From: Bdellovibrionales bacterium
Lineage (GTDB): Bacteria; Bdellovibrionota; Bdellovibrionia; Bdellovibrionales; UBA840
Length of the DNA stretch: 10,526 bases
Direction: 5' to 3'
NCBI GenBank assembly: GCA_037969075.1
Contig: JBBKWS010000194.1
Span: 1-10,526 of the forward strand
A model generated the notes under the pieces. That model was not told where the DNA came from. It saw nothing but the letters and a program-made list of their open reading frames with translations, and made no database searches. Positions within the stretch are counted from its first letter, which is position 1; each line of letters begins with the position of its first letter. This document shows positions 1 to 6,133 of the stretch, in pieces. Made by a program: the position numbers and the translations under genes.

Positions 1-11
1 GCCATAACGTC

Positions 12-41
12 TTGACAAGATGTGGCGTTACAGCCTATTTT
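12..41 (+). promoter_or_regulatory. Putative sigma70-type promoter of the phaR-like gene
   Basis: Perfect -35 TTGACA at 12-17, 18-nt spacer, -10-like TATTTT at 36-41; lies about 50 nt upstream of the TTG start. Confidence 0.6.
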
Positions 42-81
42 CGGCTCGAAAAGCAATAGAGAGTATTTAAAACCCTAAGAT

Positions 82-88
82 GGGGAGG
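82..88 (+). promoter_or_regulatory. Shine-Dalgarno site of the phaR-like gene
   Basis: GGGGAGG at 82-88, 4 nt before TTG at 93. Confidence 0.8.
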
Positions 89-92
89 TACC

Positions 93-641
93 TTGGAAAC
101 ACAAACAAACCTATCAAGCGCACCTGGTTCAGCAACTAAGACGAATAAAGTGAAGATTATTAAGCGTTATCAAAACCGTAAACTTTATGACACACAACAG
201 TCTTGTTATGTGACACTAGATGATATTGCCAAAATGATTCGCTCAACTGAAGAAGTGATGGTTGTAGATAATAAGACTAAGCGCGATATAACTGCTGCAA
301 CTTTGACTCAGATCATTTTTGAAGCTGAGAAAAAGTCTGGTTCATACGCACCTTTATATACACTTCGCGAAATTATCCAAAATCAAGATGGCAGCATTTC
401 TGCTTATTTAGCTAAATTAGGAGCTTTTCCAGCTTCTCATAAAACTACTATTTCAGATGCTCCAGCGATAGTTGAAACTACAAACTCAAAATCTTCAGCA
501 TCATATGATGATATTAAGTCTAACTTGGATAACCGCTTAAACAATGCTCAAAATCCTGCGGCCAATGCAAATAGCCTACTAGACAATGACGATGTTACAC
601 CTGAGTTGCCTAACTCAAACAACAAAACATTTAATATCTAA
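93..641 (+). CDS. PhaR-like polyhydroxyalkanoate synthesis regulator, N-terminal DNA-binding domain protein
   Basis: IIKRYQNRKLYDTQQSCYVTLDDIAKMIR...VVDNKTKRDIT...LTQIIFE matches the PhaR/PHB_acc_N signature (IKKYxNRRLYDT..S.YVTL.D). The C-terminus is low-complexity and rich in N/S/D. TTG start with a strong SD. Confidence 0.88.
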   Translation: METQTNLSSAPGSATKTNKVKIIKRYQNRKLYDTQQSCYVTLDDIAKMIRSTEEVMVVDNKTKRDITAATLTQIIFEAEKKSGSYAPLYTLREIIQNQDGSISAYLAKLGAFPASHKTTISDAPAIVETTNSKSSASYDDIKSNLDNRLNNAQNPAANANSLLDNDDVTPELPNSNNKTFNI

Positions 642-664
642 ACTTAAGAAAAATTTTGAAACTT

Positions 665-695
665 AAAACCCGTAAAGAGATTTACGGGTTTTTTT
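665..695. terminator. Bidirectional Rho-independent terminator
   Basis: AAAACCCGTAAA-GAGA-TTTACGGGTTTT forms a perfect 12-bp inverted repeat (665-676/681-692). T run 689-695 on +, A4 at 665-668 (U4 on -). It lies between two convergent genes. Confidence 0.9.
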
Positions 696-1911
696 ATTTA
701 AACGATCGCCAGTTGTAAAATGTTTTACGGCGCGCAGAGATTTGGATTTCTTCCTCGACCATTTCCCCAGTTTCACTTTCTCCTACATTAATAGCCGCGA
801 TCTTCATTTTGTATTTTCCTGGCGGCAAAGTAATTCTTGCTACTTGAAATGTCTGCGGCAGGGTAACCCATTGTCTTAGATCAGCTTGGTCTGCCATATT
901 CATCGCTATCCATGCTAGCTGTCCCAAACCCTCGGCATGTCGATCTACCTGGCTTGCAATCACAGCCTTTGCTGCAACTCCTGCAATACGCTTTGCAATC
1001 AAAGCCGCGTACTGCCTGTCTAAAGTAGAAATTGCCAGATCTTGCAAATCTAAAAGAATAGATGTTTCATCTTTTAATTTATCATTGATAAATACTCTAG
1101 CTTGAACACCCGAGCTGTACGTCGGATACAACTTAGGTAAGTTATGAGCGTTTGGATGCGCTTGCTTTTTAGGCCCCCTGCCCTGTTGATAAATCACAAT
1201 TAACTCACCCTGTGTTTTATCTTTCCATTCTTTTTCTTTCAGTTTTACATCACTAAATTGTTGTTTGTATTTAGCGTAATCATCTGATCGCCCTTTAATA
1301 TAACTCATGCGCAATAGATCTTCTCTTACCTGTGCAAAGTGGGGCGCGTACTTAAATGTATTTTTGTAATCGATGTATGCGCTATCAGAGTTGCCGGTCT
1401 GCTCCCATATCAATGCTGAAATGTAAAAAGCAAAAGGGTTTTCTTCAAAAAACTTTTCTCCATCCATCTTAAGTTTATCAACACGTTCGTGAATACGACG
1501 AACCTCTACTCTTGCTGCATCATACTCTTTTAACATCAAAAAATTTAGTGCGGCATAAACATGGATTAATAATTTTTCGTATTCATCACCCTTGTACTGA
1601 ACCATTCCTTCACTCAACACAAGAGATCCTGCAATACGACTGATACTATGATAGTCTTTAAGTTCGGCTACATCGGCCGCTTGCAAAAATGCTTTATTGC
1701 TATCTTTATAATTACCCGCCGCTTGTTCTGCCAGACCGTAATCTAGCAGATAAACAAGTTGATCATCTGAGTCTTTAAACGCATCTTCTTTTAGCATAGC
1801 GGCCGCTTGATCAGCATGCCCGTTCTGCAGATAAATTAAAGGCCGTGTTAACTTAGATTGATAAGTGGCACAGCCTAATAAGAATAAAAATAGAAAATAA
1901 TAAAGCTTCAC
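694..1911 (-). CDS. COG3014-type TPR-repeat lipoprotein (usual partner of LpoB-like genes)
   Basis: GTG start and lipobox LLGC. TPR-like helices. Motifs YKGDEYEKLLIHVY..LNFL, ARVEVRR and ADLRQWVTLP..FQVARI.LPPG are typical of the COG3014 family. It lies 8 nt downstream of the lpoB-like gene. Confidence 0.8.
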   Translation of the reverse strand: MKLYYFLFLFLLGCATYQSKLTRPLIYLQNGHADQAAAMLKEDAFKDSDDQLVYLLDYGLAEQAAGNYKDSNKAFLQAADVAELKDYHSISRIAGSLVLSEGMVQYKGDEYEKLLIHVYAALNFLMLKEYDAARVEVRRIHERVDKLKMDGEKFFEENPFAFYISALIWEQTGNSDSAYIDYKNTFKYAPHFAQVREDLLRMSYIKGRSDDYAKYKQQFSDVKLKEKEWKDKTQGELIVIYQQGRGPKKQAHPNAHNLPKLYPTYSSGVQARVFINDKLKDETSILLDLQDLAISTLDRQYAALIAKRIAGVAAKAVIASQVDRHAEGLGQLAWIAMNMADQADLRQWVTLPQTFQVARITLPPGKYKMKIAAINVGESETGEMVEEEIQISARRKTFYNWRSFK

Positions 1912-1919
1912 GTCTTAGA

Positions 1920-2510
1920 TTAAAAACCTACGCGTTGCTTTACAAATCGCTTGCGGATCTGATCTTGCCCTGACCATTCCATAACACCAGTGCGAAGATT
2001 AGTAAGGATGAATGTAACTTTGTAATATACTGTTTTATCTTTTCCAACTTGCTGAGTGATAGAATCAAGTCTTCCGTTTAAAATTAAATCTGCACCCGTT
2101 TGGCCACCAGGTCCTTTAAGAGTTTCTTTTGAAACCATCCCAGATCCTTGATAATTGTACTCATCAGCAATGTCATCACGCGCTTCTTTATCGATAAACT
2201 TAGCTTTTTTAGAAGACATGATTTCGACTTTTACCATATCCATAATGCTTTGAGTATCGATGTGCTCGCTTGTCTTGTTCTCAAGTTTTGTTACCATGAT
2301 AATAGGCATTAACTTAGCTCTGCGAATTACTTCTGTGTCGACCATGTCTTTAACAAGTTTATCCACAACCCGTTGCATATCACTCTCAGACCACTTGTCT
2401 GTCATAATATTTGTTTCATTTGCATCTTCATATTCTCCGCGAACAAACGCCTTCGGTCCGCATGAAGAAAGAACAGTTAAACCTACAATTGCTAAAACTA
2501 AATATCTCAT
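1920..2510 (-). CDS. lpoB: Penicillin-binding protein activator LpoB-family lipoprotein
   Basis: Lipobox LSSC. LpoB/CsgG-like motifs WSESDMQ, LENKTSEHIDT, GADLILNGRLDSI and YYKVTFILTNLRTGVMEWS. The start is placed at ATG 2510 rather than GTG 2519 because AGGGAG (2519-2524, minus strand) is an SD 8 nt upstream of that ATG and overlaps the GTG. Confidence 0.85.
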   Translation of the reverse strand: MRYLVLAIVGLTVLSSCGPKAFVRGEYEDANETNIMTDKWSESDMQRVVDKLVKDMVDTEVIRRAKLMPIIMVTKLENKTSEHIDTQSIMDMVKVEIMSSKKAKFIDKEARDDIADEYNYQGSGMVSKETLKGPGGQTGADLILNGRLDSITQQVGKDKTVYYKVTFILTNLRTGVMEWSGQDQIRKRFVKQRVGF

Positions 2511-2602
2511 GTGTATCACTCCCTATTTACAAGTAATACCCATGTTCTAAGATGTGAGCGTATCGGTCAAGTTACTTAAATTTTAGAATTGCATTGCGCC
2601 GC

Positions 2603-3064
2603 TTAATTCTGCCCGTTTACGTTGCGCTGCTTTGGTCTAGTGGGCTTTGTTTCTTGGTACTTATCTATAATTTTATCATCATTAATGTAAACTTTTACAT
2701 CGTCTTGCTCAGCATTTCGAATGTATTGCTTTGTATACTCTCTTTGCAAATTTTGATTGTGCCGATTTAACTGTTTCTCTCGGTGAACACTTTCTCTGCT
2801 GCTGTCCAGCGGATTGGGTTTATATACCTTCGATGGTCTTGAAAAGTCTGGGAACGCCTCTTCTGGCGCCTCTTTAATAACTCCGTATGTGCCCTCTTCT
2901 TGGGGACGATTTTTAATAGCAGGCTCTAACTCCATAGTCTCACCCATGATCTCAGCCCGCTTACGCATATAATCTTGTTTTTGATAGGTTTCCTGCAGAT
3001 GCTTATTAACAACCGCTTCGGTTTTTTGCGCATATAGAAATGTAGACAGTAGTAATATAAGCAT
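2603..3064 (-). CDS. Hypothetical secreted protein (153 aa)
   Basis: The ORF track starts at 3175, but M38 (ATG 3064) gives a signal-peptide-like N-terminus MLILLLSTFLYA followed by a charged helical body. The upstream 37 codons contain promoter-like elements. Confidence 0.7.
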   Translation of the reverse strand: MLILLLSTFLYAQKTEAVVNKHLQETYQKQDYMRKRAEIMGETMELEPAIKNRPQEEGTYGVIKEAPEEAFPDFSRPSKVYKPNPLDSSRESVHREKQLNRHNQNLQREYTKQYIRNAEQDDVKVYINDDKIIDKYQETKPTRPKQRNVNGQN

Positions 3065-3070
3065 ATGTCT

Positions 3071-3122
3071 ATTGTATCGGAACTTTTGGGGATTATAAAG
3101 ACCCTGTATCAAATTGAGACAA
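3071..3122 (-). promoter_or_regulatory. Putative sigma70 promoter(s) for the 2603-3064 gene
   Basis: Minus strand: TTTATA (3094-3099)-N17-TACAAT (3071-3076), 6 nt before the ATG. An alternative is TTGTCT (3117-3122)-N19-TATAAT (3092-3097). Confidence 0.5.
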
Positions 3123-3198
3123 GGTTCAGAAAAGTAAGGCGCAGTTGGTACTATTTGCTGTGCGCCCACATACAACTAACTCGTTTCATACTAGAAAA

Positions 3199-3681
3199 TT
3201 ACTGTATATACGTACGGCAAACTAGCTTTCTTGCGTCTGCTCCGCCATTGATGATTCCAAAGATATAGCCGCCTTCTTCTTCTTGCTCATAATCAGCATT
3301 AGCACCGCTTGCATCAAACAGTTTTAAATAAATCTCAATATTCTTTCCGTTACCAATTTGATATTTAGAATTTAGACGAATCTTCAGAACACTATTTGAT
3401 GATAACTTTTCGTGAAGAAACTTATCGGTCATCTTTGTGTACATAATTTCTGACTCAACACCCTCAATAAGATCATCATTAAGACAACAAACTTCAGAAT
3501 CAAGGTTCATTAAACTCAACTTAACTACATAAGGTTTTTTTCCGTTTAAATAATCATCTGTTATTTTAGCCTTCATTACGACCAAACCATTTTCTCCGCC
3601 ACGACAAACAATATCCACCGCCCAAACTGGCTGCATAAATATTGTGACTAAAATCGCTGATAAAATATTTTTATAATTCAT
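3199..3681 (-). CDS. Hypothetical small secreted protein with terminal cysteines
   Basis: SD AGGAG at 3691-3695. Signal peptide MNYKNILSAILVTIFMQPVWA. The mature part is beta-rich, with Cys near each end (DIVC, KLVC) and an internal CC. Confidence 0.78.
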   Translation of the reverse strand: MNYKNILSAILVTIFMQPVWAVDIVCRGGENGLVVMKAKITDDYLNGKKPYVVKLSLMNLDSEVCCLNDDLIEGVESEIMYTKMTDKFLHEKLSSNSVLKIRLNSKYQIGNGKNIEIYLKLFDASGANADYEQEEEGGYIFGIINGGADARKLVCRTYIQ

Positions 3682-3719
3682 TATTTATTTCTCCTATTTT
3701 TAATCTATCTATTTACTTT

Positions 3720-4715
3720 TTACTTCAAATATTTAACAACCCCGTAGGTCAGACTTGCTTCACACTTACCTACATTTGGCAGTATATCTATACACCTTGC
3801 CATATTACCGCTTAGTAAAATGGATGGTGCCGTAGGGATTTTTTCTAAAACTATTTTATAAGAAACAAGCCTATCAGCACTCATGCCCTCTGGCTGTTTA
3901 CAGATCGCCGTAAACTCAATATACCCCTCTGATTTTTTATAGGTAACATCACGAATTAAACCGGTATCTGTACTGCAAGTCACATCACCCTTTTGAAAAT
4001 CCACTAGTTCAATATAAAGTCCCGTAGACTTTTCTTGTAAAATCAATTTAGGTGAATCAGGAATCAACTCTACCAATTGACTGAGTTGCAGTTGGTATTG
4101 CTGCGCTGTCTTTTTTAAACTCGTCAAGTTTTCATCAAACGTTGCCAACCCGCTATCAATACCTTCTATTTTTGCTCTAAATTCTTGACCCATCCCACTT
4201 TGTTGTTCGACACCATTTCGCTGCTCAATTAGTACTTTTTTACTTTCTTGCAAGTCGGCCCACTGTTGTCGCATTTGTGAAATATGGCCCTCATCACGGT
4301 CAGTTTCGGGCTTACTTTCTTCTGCTTCTATAAGGTCATATAGATTCAAAGACTCTGTCCTCAATGCACTTATTTTCGCCTCAAACTCTTCCCAAATCAC
4401 TTTGTTATCTGGTCCCAAACTCTCAAGTAAATAGTTATCGCGTTGCTGTACAAGCTTCACCTTCGCAGTAGCCGTGCTCGCTAACTTAGCCTGCAAGATC
4501 TCTAAGCCCGCGCCGAGTTTTAATACTGTCTTCATGTCGTCATGATTTTTCCAAAAAAACCAAGAAGATTGATTTAGTTTTAGCGGCTCATTCATGCTGA
4601 GAGTTTCAAAGCCTTGATTTTCAGTTTGTTCAAATGGTTTTGAATCTACCGAAGCTTCTTTAGGGCTACAGGCAGTCAAAACGAATAAACTTATAAAAAA
4701 AATATTCTTTATCAT
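3720..4715 (-). CDS. Hypothetical lipoprotein with long coiled-coil region and Cys-containing C-terminal beta domain
   Basis: Lipobox LTAC (C16). Heptad-like helical region at about aa 60-215. C-terminal beta-strand pattern with 4 Cys. SD GGGGA overlaps the upstream stop; the gap is 8 nt. Confidence 0.82.
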   Translation of the reverse strand: MIKNIFFISLFVLTACSPKEASVDSKPFEQTENQGFETLSMNEPLKLNQSSWFFWKNHDDMKTVLKLGAGLEILQAKLASTATAKVKLVQQRDNYLLESLGPDNKVIWEEFEAKISALRTESLNLYDLIEAEESKPETDRDEGHISQMRQQWADLQESKKVLIEQRNGVEQQSGMGQEFRAKIEGIDSGLATFDENLTSLKKTAQQYQLQLSQLVELIPDSPKLILQEKSTGLYIELVDFQKGDVTCSTDTGLIRDVTYKKSEGYIEFTAICKQPEGMSADRLVSYKIVLEKIPTAPSILLSGNMARCIDILPNVGKCEASLTYGVVKYLK

Positions 4716-4723
4716 GTCGTCCC

Positions 4724-5986
4724 CTAAAAGAAAAATTGTAATTCTGTATAGTAGATACGAGAATCATTGACGTTATTCCCACTAACCGGCTGCGCATAAC
4801 TAAGCGTCCATGTTAGTGGCACTGGAAATGTTTTATTTAGATATTTATCAACAGTTGAATAAGAATACACCGCCAATACAGATTGTAACTCAGCGTCCTC
4901 GTTTAAATCCTCAAGCCAACTATAACGTTCTGATGCGTAGGCATTACCATTAAATTTTGTAGCTAACATATACTGATAATTATAGCCCAGCGAGAAGCTA
5001 CTACCATCTCTGCCGCTTCCAACAGCCATAGAGGCAGCCAATGAAATTTGATCACCCAACTTACGGTCTACGTTTTCTTTATCAGGGGAAATAGAAGAAC
5101 CTTGAGCAATTGGAATCCTTCTCTCTAATGAATCTTCAATTTGATAGTTATAGAAAGCACTAAGCGCATAACTAACGGGAAGGTTTATCTCTTTAAAGTG
5201 GGCTGAGTACTCGTAGTTTAAACCTGAACCAACATCCCATTGACCATCACTAGTGGCTAGATCAATAACCTTGTCTGCATTAGGCTGTAAGCCTGTCGGA
5301 GCAGCAACTTCATTTCTCCAAAGTACGCGGTGCGATCCTGTAATAGCATCACCCTTTTCACTTAACAGAACTTTATGAACAAATCGCACATCTCCAAGCG
5401 CTGAGACCTTTTCAGATGCTATCGGTTCATAGCCGTAAGCTTGAAGTGTATTTGACATGGCACCTTCGAGTTGCTCTTTTACTTGCGCCTTTGTAGAAGG
5501 AGAAGCTATTGAATTAAACCACTTAGTACCTGATTCGGTAGTTACAAAAGACGTAGCTACGCTTGTTTTTATCGTATAAACAGGAACGATTAACCCAATG
5601 CTATGATATTCATTAATACCGTAACCAATGATTGGCACCTTAACATTTACATTCATATTTACTTCGCCAGTTAGACTGCCAGGTCCTTCACCATTGATAT
5701 CTATCCCTTGTGCATCAAGCGAAGCTTTTAGTAGATCTTTTTTTACCCCGGACTGTGCTGCGAGCACATTGTTCCATGTCACCTTTTGGTTTAATGATTG
5801 GCCAAGAGGTGTAATAGCCCCCTTTTCATTAAACTTACTATCAACATCTATAAAATATTGTTTGTATCTAAGGGTACGAATTTTACTTGGCAAGACCGAG
5901 GTAGTCTCTGTATCTACAGAAGGACTAAGTCCGCCAGCTAATGCTTGTAAGCCCCACATTAAAACAAGACACGTAATAAAACGCAT
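4724..5986 (-). CDS. Putative outer-membrane beta-barrel protein, COG4313/Phenol_MetA_deg (SphA-like) transporter-like
   Basis: Signal peptide ending ALA. Alternating amphipathic strands (FSLGYNYQY, LTWTLSYAQ). C-terminal Bam-type signal YYTELQFFF. Motifs ALGDV, APTG and SDGQWD resemble the G.GD / PTG / G.G.WD motifs of COG4313 barrels. The family call is less certain than the barrel call. Confidence 0.7.
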   Translation of the reverse strand: MRFITCLVLMWGLQALAGGLSPSVDTETTSVLPSKIRTLRYKQYFIDVDSKFNEKGAITPLGQSLNQKVTWNNVLAAQSGVKKDLLKASLDAQGIDINGEGPGSLTGEVNMNVNVKVPIIGYGINEYHSIGLIVPVYTIKTSVATSFVTTESGTKWFNSIASPSTKAQVKEQLEGAMSNTLQAYGYEPIASEKVSALGDVRFVHKVLLSEKGDAITGSHRVLWRNEVAAPTGLQPNADKVIDLATSDGQWDVGSGLNYEYSAHFKEINLPVSYALSAFYNYQIEDSLERRIPIAQGSSISPDKENVDRKLGDQISLAASMAVGSGRDGSSFSLGYNYQYMLATKFNGNAYASERYSWLEDLNEDAELQSVLAVYSYSTVDKYLNKTFPVPLTWTLSYAQPVSGNNVNDSRIYYTELQFFF

Positions 5987-5990
5987 TTTA

Positions 5991-6000
5991 TCCCCCCCCT
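5991..6000 (-). promoter_or_regulatory. Ribosome-binding site consisting of a G8 homopolymer
   Basis: Minus strand reads AGGGGGGGGATAAAATG; the C8 run is at 5992-5999 on +. Confidence 0.65.
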
Positions 6001-6001
6001 A

Positions 6002-6023
6002 AAGCTTGAACATATTCAAACTT
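6002..6023. promoter_or_regulatory. Inverted repeat (candidate operator or 5' UTR hairpin) upstream of the beta-barrel gene
   Basis: AAGCTTGAA-CATA-TTCAAACTT: 8 of 9 arm positions are complementary, and the mismatch is a G-U pair in the minus-strand RNA. Confidence 0.45.
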
Positions 6024-6133
6024 ATCAAAGTGGTAGCACAAGCGTGAAAATAAAGGCAAAAGGCCTATACAAATTGAAAAAATTGGAGAGATTAGCTGAC
6101 TTATTCATTGTAAAAATGCTTATACTTAATCCA

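Noticed and set aside
2511..2519. GTG start for lpoB
   Set aside because: It overlaps the SD that serves ATG 2510.
2260..2550. 96-aa + strand ORF
   Set aside because: Antisense shadow of the well-supported lpoB-like gene; Ser/Thr-rich with no recognisable motif or SD.
2544..2570. Possible lpoB promoter TTGACC-N15-TAGAAC (minus strand)
   Set aside because: Spacer too short and -10 poor; not supportable without TSS data.
3065..3175. N-terminal 37-aa extension of the 190-aa ORF
   Set aside because: Starts at TTG without an SD and would bury the signal peptide; the region contains -10 elements instead.
3065..3268. 67-aa + strand ORF
   Set aside because: No SD, overlaps the 3' end of the 3199-3681 gene and a minus-strand promoter region, and has no recognisable features.
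5628..6002. 124-aa + strand ORF
   Set aside because: Antisense shadow of the beta-barrel gene.
6071..6085. AAATTG direct repeat as a response-regulator site
   Set aside because: Short and low-complexity in an AT-rich spacer; expected by chance.
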